64,000 bases of DNA from an uncultured Pelagibacteraceae bacterium (GTDB lineage: Bacteria; Pseudomonadota; Alphaproteobacteria; Pelagibacterales; Pelagibacteraceae), in NCBI GenBank assembly GCA_902541315.1, contig CACBQF010000002.1, positions 25,987 to 89,986 on the forward strand, in the 5' to 3' direction. Positions 41,487-52,993 of the stretch are shown one piece after another (position 1 is the first letter of the stretch; each line of letters starts with the position of its first letter). The notes beneath the pieces were generated by a model. That model ran no database searches and was not told the origin of the DNA. It saw only the letters and a program-made list of their open reading frames with translations. The translations under genes and the position numbers were made by a program.

Positions 41487-41976
41487 TTAAAGTCTCTTTT
41501 TTGTTTAAAATAATTTCTAAAATAATCATCAATATAACACCTAACGAAATAAATATATCTGATACATTAAAAATAAACCAATGAAAATTTTCAACATGAA
41601 AATCTATAAAATCTGGAACGGCTTCAAAAATAACTCGATCATAGAAATTACCCAAAGCACCTCCTAATATCATTAAAAGTGAGTATTTTTTAAGTCCTTC
41701 ACTTTTATTAAGCATTATAAGAATAATTAATATTACTACACCAATAAAAAAAGTTAAAATATGATAAAAAAATTTATCACTAAAAGAAAATAAACCAAAA
41801 GCTATACCTTCATTCCATATTAAGCTTATATTAAGAAATTTAGAACTATATAAGTCAGAACCATAATTTTTTTCATGAAAATTGATCACGTAAATTTTTG
41901 ATAATCTATCAATACAAAAGATACTAAGGATTATAAAAAAGTTTATGAAAAAATTTTTATTTAGGTTATTTGACAT
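41473..41976 (-). CDS. lspA: Lipoprotein signal peptidase
   Basis: WN.GIAFG, GGALGN..DR, V.DF and FNVSD motifs; likely ATG at 41976. Confidence 0.95.
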   Translation of the reverse strand: MSNNLNKNFFINFFIILSIFCIDRLSKIYVINFHEKNYGSDLYSSKFLNISLIWNEGIAFGLFSFSDKFFYHILTFFIGVVILIILIMLNKSEGLKKYSLLMILGGALGNFYDRVIFEAVPDFIDFHVENFHWFIFNVSDIFISLGVILMIILEIILNKKETLNEKN

Positions 41977-44690
41977 TTTGGATGCCTCTCGCATGGATCT
42001 TTTCTTATCTTCCAACAAACAGAGCATTTATTGCCAGACGCTTTTTTTGTATCAACTAAAATATCCAATTGATTATCATAATTAACATCGGTTTTTGAGA
42101 CTATACATAACTCTGACAAATCCATACTTCCAACTATATCCTTATATTTTTCATTAAGTTGAATTTTTAGATCTGCCTCTAAACTTGAACCTATTTCTTT
42201 ACTAGCTCTTTGTTCTTCAATACTTATGTTACATACATCTCTTATTTTCATCAATTCAGACCATTTTTCAGCAAGCCTCTCATTTTTAAATTTTTCTGGA
42301 AATATTAAAAATTTTTCTAGATGAATGCTTTTACTGTTTTTTGATATTAACTGATAAATTTCTTCAGTAGTAAAAGATAAAATTGGTGCAAACCATCTAA
42401 GCAAAGATTTTAACAAAATATTCAAAATTGTGACACATGATTTCCTTTTCTTAGAATTAATTTGATCGCAATATAAAGTATCTTTTCTGATATCAAAATA
42501 AAAGGCTGACAAGTCTACTGTACAAAAATTTAACAACTCTTTGTAAAGATTGTGAAAATCATATTTTTGAAAATAACTTACAAATTTGTGATTCAATAAA
42601 TATACCTTATTTAACATGAATTTTTCTAACTCTGGCAAACTCTCAATATCAATTTTATCTAAATTAATATCTTCAAATTTATCATTTATATTTCCCAACA
42701 AATATCTAAATGTGTTTCTAATTTTACGATAAGACTCAGAATGCTGATCCAATATAGAATAGTCTATTCTTAAGTCTTCGGCATAATTTGATGCGGCTAC
42801 CCAAATTCTTAAAATATCTGCGCCATATTTTTTTAGAATATCCTCAGGTGCGATTACATTTCCTAGAGATTTTGACATTTTAAGACCTTTACCATCCACA
42901 ACAAACCCATGAGATAATATAGACTCAAATGGTGCCTTTCCTCTTGTTCCGCATGACTGTAACAGGGAAGAGTGAAACCAGCCTCTATGTTGATCAGAAC
43001 CCTCTAAGTACATTGATGCAGGCCATTTTAGATCTTTTCTTTTCTCTAAGACAAAAGAATGGGTTGAACCACTATCAAACCATACTTCAACTATATCACT
43101 AAGTTTTTCAAAGTCTTGTGCATTATATTTTTTACCTAAAAATTTTTGAGGATCATCTGAAAACCAACAATCTGAACCCTCTTTTTCATAAATATTTGCA
43201 ATATTTTCAAATACTTCATCGTCTATCAAAATTTCATTAGATTTTTTGTTAACAAAAATAGGGAGTGGTACACCCCACACTCTTTGTCTTGAAACACACC
43301 AGTCTGGTCTTGTCTCAATCATTGATTTTAATCTTTCTTTACCTTTGCTTGGATAAAAAGTTGTATCATCTATTGCTTTTAAAGCTTTACTTCTAAGCTT
43401 ATGACTTTCCATGGATATAAACCACTGTGGGGTTGCTCTGTGAACTAAGGGCGCCTTTGATCTCCAAGAATGAGGATAAGAATGAACTAATTCACCATTT
43501 GACAAAAGTTTGTTTTGATCTTTTAATTTTTCAATAACAATTGGATTAGCCTTAAAAATATGTAAACCCTCAAATAAAGAAACATTCTTTGTATATTTTC
43601 CGTCATCATCAACTGTCTCAATAGCTTTTATTCCATTGTTTAAACAAAGATTAAAGTCGTCAGGACCGTGACTAGGCGCGCAATGAACAATTCCTGTTCC
43701 TTGTTCGGTAGTGACGAAACGAGCCTCTAACATCGGAATATCATAGTCATAACCAAAATTAGAAAATGGATGATTACAGATAGTATCTTTTAAATCTTTG
43801 CCCTTAAATTTCTTTAAATTTTTGAATTCTTTTATCTGACACTCTTTTAAGACTGAGGATAATAATGCTTCAGCAATAACTATTTTTTTATCTTTAAAAA
43901 TTCCTTCATCAGTAATTTGAATTATCAAATAGTCTAGGCTCTCATTATATGCTAAAGCTTTGTTTGCTGGTATAGTCCAAGGAGTGGTTGTCCATATTAC
44001 AATATTGCAATCTTTTAGTTCCTTAATTTTTGATGACTTAACTGGAAAGCATGCATAGATCGTATCAGATTTGTGATCTTGATATTCAACTTCAGCGTCA
44101 GCTAAAGCAGTTTTTTCAACCGTTGACCATAGAACTGGTTTGAATCCCCTATAAAGACTACCCTCTTTTAAAAATTTTCCTAGTTCTCTAACAATTTGTG
44201 CCTCTGCATCATAACTCATTGTTGAATAATAATTTTCCCAGTCACCAACAACACCCAGTCTTTTAAACTGGTCTTTATGAACCTCTATCCATTTTTCTGC
44301 AAATGTTCGGCATTCTCTTCTAAATTCAACAATTGGAATATCATTTTTATTTTTTTTATTTTTTTTGTATTGCTCTTCAATTTTCCACTCAATAGGTAAA
44401 CCATGACAATCCCAACCTGGCACATAAACAGAGTCTTTACCGTCCATTTGATGGAACTTCACAATGATATCCTTTAGTATTTTGTTCAAAGCAGTGCCCA
44501 TATGAATATTTCCATTTGCATACGGAGGACCATCGTGAAGAACAAACTTTTCTTTTCCTTTTCTTGAGTTCCTTAATTCTTTATAAAGGTCAATTTTTTT
44601 CCAAAATTCCAATATTTCTGGCTCTCTTATCGGTAAATTTGCCTTCATTGAAAAAGCTGTTTTAGGTAAATTTATTTGACTTTTACTCAT
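41961..44690 (-). CDS. ileS: Isoleucine-tRNA ligase
   Basis: HDGPPYANG.IHMG, GWDCHGLP, WTTTPWT, DWCVSRQR and KMSKS motifs. Confidence 0.98.
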   Translation of the reverse strand: MSKSQINLPKTAFSMKANLPIREPEILEFWKKIDLYKELRNSRKGKEKFVLHDGPPYANGNIHMGTALNKILKDIIVKFHQMDGKDSVYVPGWDCHGLPIEWKIEEQYKKNKKNKNDIPIVEFRRECRTFAEKWIEVHKDQFKRLGVVGDWENYYSTMSYDAEAQIVRELGKFLKEGSLYRGFKPVLWSTVEKTALADAEVEYQDHKSDTIYACFPVKSSKIKELKDCNIVIWTTTPWTIPANKALAYNESLDYLIIQITDEGIFKDKKIVIAEALLSSVLKECQIKEFKNLKKFKGKDLKDTICNHPFSNFGYDYDIPMLEARFVTTEQGTGIVHCAPSHGPDDFNLCLNNGIKAIETVDDDGKYTKNVSLFEGLHIFKANPIVIEKLKDQNKLLSNGELVHSYPHSWRSKAPLVHRATPQWFISMESHKLRSKALKAIDDTTFYPSKGKERLKSMIETRPDWCVSRQRVWGVPLPIFVNKKSNEILIDDEVFENIANIYEKEGSDCWFSDDPQKFLGKKYNAQDFEKLSDIVEVWFDSGSTHSFVLEKRKDLKWPASMYLEGSDQHRGWFHSSLLQSCGTRGKAPFESILSHGFVVDGKGLKMSKSLGNVIAPEDILKKYGADILRIWVAASNYAEDLRIDYSILDQHSESYRKIRNTFRYLLGNINDKFEDINLDKIDIESLPELEKFMLNKVYLLNHKFVSYFQKYDFHNLYKELLNFCTVDLSAFYFDIRKDTLYCDQINSKKRKSCVTILNILLKSLLRWFAPILSFTTEEIYQLISKNSKSIHLEKFLIFPEKFKNERLAEKWSELMKIRDVCNISIEEQRASKEIGSSLEADLKIQLNEKYKDIVGSMDLSELCIVSKTDVNYDNQLDILVDTKKASGNKCSVCWKIRKDPCERHPKCQIT

Positions 44691-45616
44691 TTTATTTTTT
44701 TTGCACTTAAAAGATCGATATTAATTTGTTTCTTCAATTGTTCTACATTTTTGAATTTTTTTTCTTTTCTTATAAATTTTAAGAATTCAACTCTTAAATA
44801 CTTATTATATAAATTTCCAGAAAAATTAAATAGATGAACCTCTAATAGTATTTTCTTTCCATTAAATGTGGGTCGATATCCTAAATTTGCTATACCAATG
44901 ATATTATTTGATTTATTCATTCTTCTGACTTTAACGCCATAAACACCAGGTTTAGCCAAAACATAATCATTGATATCGATGTTAGCTGTTGGAAAACCAA
45001 TCTTTTTTCCTAACTGTTTGCCTTTTTGAACTTTTCCATCAATTGACCAATTTCTTTTTAAAAGTTTGTTTGCATCCTTAAGTTTTCCATTTTGTAAATA
45101 TTTTCTTATCAGAGAAGATGAAACAATTTTTTTTTTAATTATTAAAGGTTGTGGTTTAACAATTTTATAATTACATAATTTCTCGTGATTAATTAATTGT
45201 TTTACATTTCCTTCTCTTTTATTTCCAAATCTAAAATTATTGCTTACAAAAATAAATTTAGGACTAAGTTTCTTACCTAAAGTTTCTTTAACAAATGAAA
45301 TTGATTTTGTTTTTGAAAATTTACGATTAAATTTCTTAGTAATAACAAAATCAACATTAAATTTACTCAAATTTTCAATTTTTTGATTTAAATTAGATAA
45401 TCTAAAATTTTTTAAATTGGGATTAAAAAACATTTTTGGCATTGGCTCAAAAGTCAAAACACCAATCTTTGAAGAATATTTTTTTTTATATTTTTTTGCT
45501 AATCTAAATAATTTTTGATGTCCAAGATGAAGTCCATCAAAATTACCAATTAAAATAATTGAATTTTTATGACTCTTTTTAATATTAAAACTATTGTATA
45601 ATTTCATTTTTACCAT
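44687..45616 (-). CDS. ribF: Bifunctional riboflavin kinase / FAD synthetase
   Basis: GNFDGLHLGH, VSSS.IR, GFPTAN, G.RPT and EVHL motifs. Confidence 0.96.
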   Translation of the reverse strand: MVKMKLYNSFNIKKSHKNSIILIGNFDGLHLGHQKLFRLAKKYKKKYSSKIGVLTFEPMPKMFFNPNLKNFRLSNLNQKIENLSKFNVDFVITKKFNRKFSKTKSISFVKETLGKKLSPKFIFVSNNFRFGNKREGNVKQLINHEKLCNYKIVKPQPLIIKKKIVSSSLIRKYLQNGKLKDANKLLKRNWSIDGKVQKGKQLGKKIGFPTANIDINDYVLAKPGVYGVKVRRMNKSNNIIGIANLGYRPTFNGKKILLEVHLFNFSGNLYNKYLRVEFLKFIRKEKKFKNVEQLKKQINIDLLSAKKIK

Positions 45617-46428
45617 TTTAACTCTGATTGTATATAGTTACAGATTGTTTCATAAGATTTCGCGGTCGCTTCAATTCCTTTTTTTTGGATTTCATTTTTA
45701 TGAATACCATTTGAAATAATTAACGAGTCAAAGTTTAAAAGATTTGCACCTTTAATATCAGTATTTAAATTATCACCAACAGAAAGAATCTTTTTACCTT
45801 TGTTATCAATTGATAAATTATAAACCTCAGGATATGGCTTACCAAAATATACTACCTTGCCACCCATTTTTTCAAAAACCATAGCGACCGATCCTGCACA
45901 AAGCTCTCTTTTATTTCCTCTATCCACAATTAAGTCAGGATTAGTACAAACCATCTCTTTATCTAAATTTTTTTCAAATAAATCTTTATAATAATTCAAA
46001 TCTTTATCAAATTTTTCAAATAACCCTGTACACAATATGTAATCTCCATCATTGATATTGTCTGACTTCATTTTTGCAAAGTCATTAAACAAATCAAAAT
46101 CACGTGGTGGTCCAACATGAAAAAATTTTTGGGTGGATAAATTTTTTTTAAGATAATTTAATGACGCTTGGCCAGATGTAAAAACATGATCTCTAATTTC
46201 TTTTTCCATGCCCATTTTTTCTAAAAAGGATTTAACAACATCATTAGGTCTTGGAGCATTAGTGAGTAAAATGTATTCTTTGCCTTTTTTTGTGATTTCT
46301 TCTAAAACGTTGATTGCTTCTTTGTGAAGGTTTATTCCATTATGAATAACACCCCATAAATCGATATAAAAAAGCTGATAATTATCAACGATGGAGCAGA
46401 AACCATCTTTGTCTAAATTTTTAGTCAT
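45610..46428 (-). CDS. HAD-superfamily hydrolase subfamily IIA (TIGR01459-like)
   Basis: DLWGVIH, TNAPRP, CTNPD, GKP and GD...TDI.GA motifs; upstream of ribF. Confidence 0.88.
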   Translation of the reverse strand: MTKNLDKDGFCSIVDNYQLFYIDLWGVIHNGINLHKEAINVLEEITKKGKEYILLTNAPRPNDVVKSFLEKMGMEKEIRDHVFTSGQASLNYLKKNLSTQKFFHVGPPRDFDLFNDFAKMKSDNINDGDYILCTGLFEKFDKDLNYYKDLFEKNLDKEMVCTNPDLIVDRGNKRELCAGSVAMVFEKMGGKVVYFGKPYPEVYNLSIDNKGKKILSVGDNLNTDIKGANLLNFDSLIISNGIHKNEIQKKGIEATAKSYETICNYIQSELKW

Positions 46429-46497
46429 CAAAATAATCTATAACCCAAAAAATCCACAATTTCCTACCTTTTTTAATAAACTAAATATCAAGTATAT

Positions 46498-46525
46498 CTT
46501 GAAATAGTATTACCAATCTCTATAT
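46498..46525 (+). promoter_or_regulatory. sigma32 (RpoH) promoter of groESL
   Basis: CTTGAA-15 nt-TCTATAT, matching the alphaproteobacterial RpoH consensus. Confidence 0.75.
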
Positions 46526-46552
46526 GAACCACATATTTATATAGGAGAATAT

Positions 46553-46843
46553 ATGAAATTTAGACCGTTACATGACAGAGTTTTAATAGAAGTTTTAGAT
46601 AGCAGCGAAAAAACTGCTGGGGGAATAATCATACCAGATACTGCACAAGAGAAGCCTCAAGAAGGAAAAGTTATTGCTGTTGGTGGTGGTGCAAAAACTG
46701 AAGATGGAAAAAAAATTCCAATGGATGTTAAAGTTGGAGACAAAGTTTTATTTGGCAAATGGTCAGGCACTGAAGTCAAAATTGATGGTAAAGAATACAG
46801 CATAATGAAAGAGTCAGACATTATGGGTATTTCAAGTAAATAA
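46553..46843 (+). CDS. groES: Co-chaperonin GroES
   Basis: [10 protein letters not shown] and [12 protein letters not shown] motifs; SD AGGAG. Confidence 0.98.
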   Translation: MKFRPLHDRVLIEVLDSSEKTAGGIIIPDTAQEKPQEGKVIAVGGGAKTEDGKKIPMDVKVGDKVLFGKWSGTEVKIDGKEYSIMKESDIMGISSK

Positions 46844-46848
46844 TATAA

Positions 46849-48528
<1,680 letters not shown>

Positions 48529-48553
48529 CCCAATAACTCCTAATCAAAATTCT

Positions 48554-48583
48554 AAAAGGGCAGTTTTTACTGCCCTTTTTTTT
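48554..48583 (+). terminator. Intrinsic terminator of groESL
   Basis: AAAAGGGCAGT-TTTT-ACTGCCCTTTT stem-loop followed by a T tract. Confidence 0.92.
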
Positions 48584-48616
48584 GCTTAAAAAAATTTGTA
48601 ATATAGAATTATTATT

Positions 48617-48727
48617 ATGTCGAAAAGATATAGTGGAAAATCGTTTAAAGACTCTAGTGTCAAAAAAAAACCTAAATTAAGTTTTAAAGAAAAAAGAAAA
48701 ATTAAACGCGAAAAGCGAAAAAAATAA
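48617..48727 (+). CDS. Small highly basic protein, 36 aa (not in ORF track)
   Basis: MSKRYSGKSFKDSSVKKKPKLSFKEKRKIKREKRKK; preceded by TTGCTT-16 nt-TAGAAT with the ATG 7 nt downstream; fills an unusually large gap for this genome. Confidence 0.6.
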   Translation: MSKRYSGKSFKDSSVKKKPKLSFKEKRKIKREKRKK

Positions 48728-48818
48728 AAATTAAAAAAAAATCCTTAATTTATCTAAGCCTAGTGTAGTTTTTTTTGAGTTTTCAAAAGTGTTTAAATAT
48801 GTATAAGAACCCAGATTT

Positions 48819-50645
48819 ATGAATAATACGATAAGAAACATCACCATAATTGCTCATGTTGATCATGGCAAAACCACCCTAATTGATAACTTAATGAAAC
48901 AAAGTGGCTCATTTAGAGAAAATGAGATTGTTGATGAAAGGCTGATGGACTCTGGAGAATTAGAAAAAGAAAGAGGAATTACAATATTAGCTAAACCTGC
49001 CTCGATTAATTGGAAAGATTCTAGAATAAATATAATTGATACCCCCGGCCACAGAGATTTTGCTGCTGAAGTTGAAAGAGTACTTAGTATGGCTGATGGA
49101 GCATTATTACTAATAGACTCTGCTGAAGGTGTGATGCCTCAAACAAAATTCGTTTTAGCAAAAGCTTTAAAACAAGGTTTAAAGCCGATTGTGGTTATAA
49201 ATAAATTAGATAAATCAGATCAAAGAGCTAATGAAGTTCTAGATGAAACATTCGACTTATTTGTAAGTTTAGATGCTAATGAAGACCAACTAGATTTCCC
49301 AGTTTTATATGCCAGTGGAAGATCTGGATGGGCTGATCATGAAGTTGATGGTCCAAGAGAGAATCTTAATCCACTTTTAGATAAAATCGTTGACCATGTT
49401 AAACCAGCTGAATTAGACAAATCAAAACCTTTCGCTATGCTTTCTACACTTCTTTATGCTGATAGTTTCTTAGGAAGAAGTTTAGTAGGTCGAATTTCAC
49501 AAGGAACAGCAAAAGCTAATCAAGCAATTAAGGCAATCAACTTAAAAGGAGAGAAAGTTGATGAAGGAAGATTAACTAAAATTTTTAGATACGAAGGTAC
49601 CAAAAAAGTTCCAATTGAGGTTGGTGAAGCTGGAGATATTGTAGTTGTTGCAGGTTTAGAAAAAGCTAATGTTGCAGATACTATTTGTGATCTTGAAGTT
49701 AACGAACCAATAGAAGCTACTCCTATTGATCCTCCAACTATGTCAATTACAATAACAGTAAATACATCTCCTTTGGCTGGTACAGAAGGTAAAAAATTAA
49801 CAAGCACACAAATTAGAGATCGATTGGTTCAAGAGGCACAAAATAATGTTGGAATTACATTCACTGAAAATGAGGGAAATGACTCTTTTGTAGTAAGTGG
49901 TCGTGGTGAATTAATGTTGGAAATTTTACTTACTCAAATGAGAAGAGAAGGTTTTGAAATGACTGTGAGCCCTCCAAAAGTACTCTATAAAAAAGATGAA
50001 AATGGTAACAAGCTTGAGCCAATAGAGGAAATTACTATGGATCTTGATGAGGAGCATTCATCAAAAATAATTGATTCAATGAATAGAAGAAAAGGTAAAT
50101 TAATAGAATTAAAAGACACTGGTAAAAATAAAAAGAGACTTGTATTTCATGCACCAACAAGAGGTTTAATGGGATATACAAGTAGATTTTTAACGCTTAC
50201 AAAAGGAAATGGTGTTATTAATAGAATTTTTCATGAATATGGTCCATTTGAAGGGGAAATGGAGGGCAGAAGAAATGGTGCTCTAATTTCTATGGAACAA
50301 GGAAAGGCAGTTGCTTTTGCAATCTTTAATTTACAGGCTAGAGGAGAAATGTTTGTAACTCATAACGATCCTGTTTATCCAGGAATGATTGTAGGTCTAT
50401 CACCTAAGCCGGGAGATATGATTATTAATGTCATGAAGGGAAAAAAATTAACTAATATGAGAACGCAAGGTACTGATGAAAATGTTGTCTTAACTCCTGT
50501 TAGAAAAATGTCGATTGCTGAACAATTAAGTATGTTAAATACAGATGAAGCTTTAGAGATTACTCCAGAGTCTTGTAGATTAAGAAAAGCTATTCTTGAT
50601 CCTCATGAAAGAAAAAGAAGTGAAAAATCGGGCGCTGCTGCCTAA
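48819..50645 (+). CDS. typA: Translational GTPase TypA/BipA
   Basis: AHVDHGKTTL, ERGITI, DTPGH, NKLD, GRGEL, K.KKLTN.R and EITP...RLRK motifs. Confidence 0.97.
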   Translation: MNNTIRNITIIAHVDHGKTTLIDNLMKQSGSFRENEIVDERLMDSGELEKERGITILAKPASINWKDSRINIIDTPGHRDFAAEVERVLSMADGALLLIDSAEGVMPQTKFVLAKALKQGLKPIVVINKLDKSDQRANEVLDETFDLFVSLDANEDQLDFPVLYASGRSGWADHEVDGPRENLNPLLDKIVDHVKPAELDKSKPFAMLSTLLYADSFLGRSLVGRISQGTAKANQAIKAINLKGEKVDEGRLTKIFRYEGTKKVPIEVGEAGDIVVVAGLEKANVADTICDLEVNEPIEATPIDPPTMSITITVNTSPLAGTEGKKLTSTQIRDRLVQEAQNNVGITFTENEGNDSFVVSGRGELMLEILLTQMRREGFEMTVSPPKVLYKKDENGNKLEPIEEITMDLDEEHSSKIIDSMNRRKGKLIELKDTGKNKKRLVFHAPTRGLMGYTSRFLTLTKGNGVINRIFHEYGPFEGEMEGRRNGALISMEQGKAVAFAIFNLQARGEMFVTHNDPVYPGMIVGLSPKPGDMIINVMKGKKLTNMRTQGTDENVVLTPVRKMSIAEQLSMLNTDEALEITPESCRLRKAILDPHERKRSEKSGAAA

Positions 50646-51289
50646 TCAAAAATTTTATCAACTAAAAACAAACCTAGTGCAACGCACGGACCAATACCAA
50701 AAGCGAATAAAAGAGTTCCGACACCTACTGTTCCACCCAAATACCAGCCAATACTTACAACTGAAATTTCTAAAAAAGCTCTAACGGCTGCCACTGGTAA
50801 ATTGGTTACTTTTTGCAAACCAATCATTAATCCATCTCTTGGTCCTGCGCCTAGGTTAGAAACTAAATAAATGCCCCCACCTATTCCAACCATTATTACA
50901 GAAATTACTGCTAAGATTAATTGATTAAAATAATCAGATGGAGTTGGTACAAACTTTATACAAAGATCAATCATAAAGGCTATTATTAAGGCATTAAATA
51001 TTGTGCCCATTCCTGGTTTTTGGCTGAGAGGTATCCACAAAATTAAGACTGCAATACTTATTAAAAGAGTAATTGTTCCAATACTTAAATTAACATTTAA
51101 AGAAATACCTTGAGCTAAAACACTCCATGGAGAAGCACCCGTAAAAGAAACAATTAATAAACCTTCGCCAAGACCAAATAAAGTCAGACCAAAACATAAA
51201 AAAAAGAAAGTGGAAAATTTTGGTTTAAAATTATATGGCCTATCAGAACTCCAATTAACTTTAGGTATTTTCTTTATTTTTAGAAACAT
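50642..51289 (-). CDS. YczE/YyaS/YitT-family membrane protein
   Basis: GASPW.VL..G, G.GT..N, LGAGPRDGLM and LGG.VG.GT motifs. Confidence 0.85.
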   Translation of the reverse strand: MFLKIKKIPKVNWSSDRPYNFKPKFSTFFFLCFGLTLFGLGEGLLIVSFTGASPWSVLAQGISLNVNLSIGTITLLISIAVLILWIPLSQKPGMGTIFNALIIAFMIDLCIKFVPTPSDYFNQLILAVISVIMVGIGGGIYLVSNLGAGPRDGLMIGLQKVTNLPVAAVRAFLEISVVSIGWYLGGTVGVGTLLFAFGIGPCVALGLFLVDKIFD

Positions 51290-51339
51290 TTTAATAAATT
51301 ATTTCTATTATAGATAAAGTCCACTAATGTAATTGCTAA

Positions 51340-52020
51340 ATGAGAAAATTTATAGCCATTTTGTTTATTGTAGTTTTTCCAGTTATTTCTATGGCACATA
51401 TGGGTCACTACAATAAATATAACAAAATTGAAATGGAGATTTTTAGAAATGGTGAACTAATTGGATACAATTATTATTTTTTTGAGAGAAATGGTGAAGA
51501 AACTATAATTACAAATCAATTTAAATTTTCTGTTGATTTATTAGGGACTCCAATTTTTCAAGTTGAGTCCTATGGTGAAGAAAAATATATAAAAAATCAT
51601 TTGATATCATATGATTCTAGAACTCTTCAAAATGAAAAAGAAAAATTTGTAAATTTAAAATTAAATAAAGATAGTAAAAAATTTGATATTAAAGGCTCCT
51701 CATTCAATGGGGAGGCGACCCTTAACAACGTTATTGGAAATTGGTGGAATCATAAAATTTTACAAGCAGAATCTCAAATAAGTCCAATATCAGGGAGTAT
51801 TAAAGAACAGGTTGTTACTTTTGTAGGTAAAGAAAAAATAGAGCTTTATGGAAAGATTTATGATGCTGATCATTTTACACTTAAATCTAAAGATATGAAT
51901 ATTCCAAAAGATAAACGATTAGACTTTGACATTTGGTATGATCAAAAAAATTTAAGAATTTTAAAAGTGTCTTACTCAAGAATGGGAAATTGGGAATACA
52001 GATTGAAAAGCTTTGAATAA
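51340..52020 (+). CDS. Exported protein, DUF6134-like
   Basis: Signal peptide, IFRNG..IG...Y.F, WWN and C-terminal WYD motif. Confidence 0.65.
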   Translation: MRKFIAILFIVVFPVISMAHMGHYNKYNKIEMEIFRNGELIGYNYYFFERNGEETIITNQFKFSVDLLGTPIFQVESYGEEKYIKNHLISYDSRTLQNEKEKFVNLKLNKDSKKFDIKGSSFNGEATLNNVIGNWWNHKILQAESQISPISGSIKEQVVTFVGKEKIELYGKIYDADHFTLKSKDMNIPKDKRLDFDIWYDQKNLRILKVSYSRMGNWEYRLKSFE

Positions 52021-52021
52021 T

Positions 52022-52993
52022 TTATTTTGAAATTTTTTTATATAAGTCCTGTGCACTTATCCATCCCGACTCCAGTCTTGGTCCGACAAACCAATCAGCA
52101 CAAACACCTATTTTTTTCTTTGGATCCCAAAAACTTTTAATTTTGAAAGGTTTTGAATTCGAAGAGTATTTCCAGCCATGATTAAGAGAGAAATTGATTT
52201 TTGTTTTTTTAATATTTGAAAGTTGAAAGAACTTGTCGATCATAATTTTTGAATTCTTTTTCTTATTATTTTTATTTTGATTAATATTTTTATTTGCCCA
52301 CTTGAATGTACTTTGTAGAGTCCATAAATCATATTTTGATTTAAATCTTTTTTTTGAATTTTCATTACCAGCCCAGCCAAGAATTGAGTCTTCGAAAAGG
52401 TAGCTGCTATTAGATTTTTTGTTTTTTTTTATAGCAATCATGGTAGTTATATTTGCATCCATTTTTATTGATTTTTTTACAAAAGAATTATTTATGAATT
52501 TTTTAGAAAGTTTTTTTAATTGTGGAAATGGACAGGTCAAAATAATACTTTTAAAAGATCTCAATTTTCCATCAGCAAATGATAAGTGCCAAAGTTTGTT
52601 TTTATAATGAATTTTTTTTAATTCACTTTGATAGTTGCACTTAATTTTTTTTAATAAATACTTGCTAATATCATTGTTTCCATTTTTACCTATAATTTTA
52701 AGATGTTTTTTATCTTCTTTTTTTTTGGAGTTAAGAAAAATGTGTTTACCACCCCAAACCTTTAAAATTTTTTTTTTAATTAAATGTTTAGTAAACTTTT
52801 TAAATCCTGGGGTTTTTGGTGAAAAGTATTGAGTGCCATGATCAAAGCCTATATTACCTCTTATTCTTTTGAAAGATGCACGACCTCCTGGACCTCTCGC
52901 TTTATCAAATAGGATTACTGTATTTTTTTTATTAAGAAGATTAGCAATTGTAGCTCCAGAAATACCTGAACCGATTACGCAGAATTCACTCAT
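52022..52993 (-). CDS. Renalase-like NAD(P)/FAD-dependent oxidoreductase
   Basis: GSGISG, DKARGPGGR, FDHGTQYF, WKYS and CADW..G.RLESG motifs. Confidence 0.85.
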   Translation of the reverse strand: MSEFCVIGSGISGATIANLLNKKNTVILFDKARGPGGRASFKRIRGNIGFDHGTQYFSPKTPGFKKFTKHLIKKKILKVWGGKHIFLNSKKKEDKKHLKIIGKNGNNDISKYLLKKIKCNYQSELKKIHYKNKLWHLSFADGKLRSFKSIILTCPFPQLKKLSKKFINNSFVKKSIKMDANITTMIAIKKNKKSNSSYLFEDSILGWAGNENSKKRFKSKYDLWTLQSTFKWANKNINQNKNNKKKNSKIMIDKFFQLSNIKKTKINFSLNHGWKYSSNSKPFKIKSFWDPKKKIGVCADWFVGPRLESGWISAQDLYKKISK

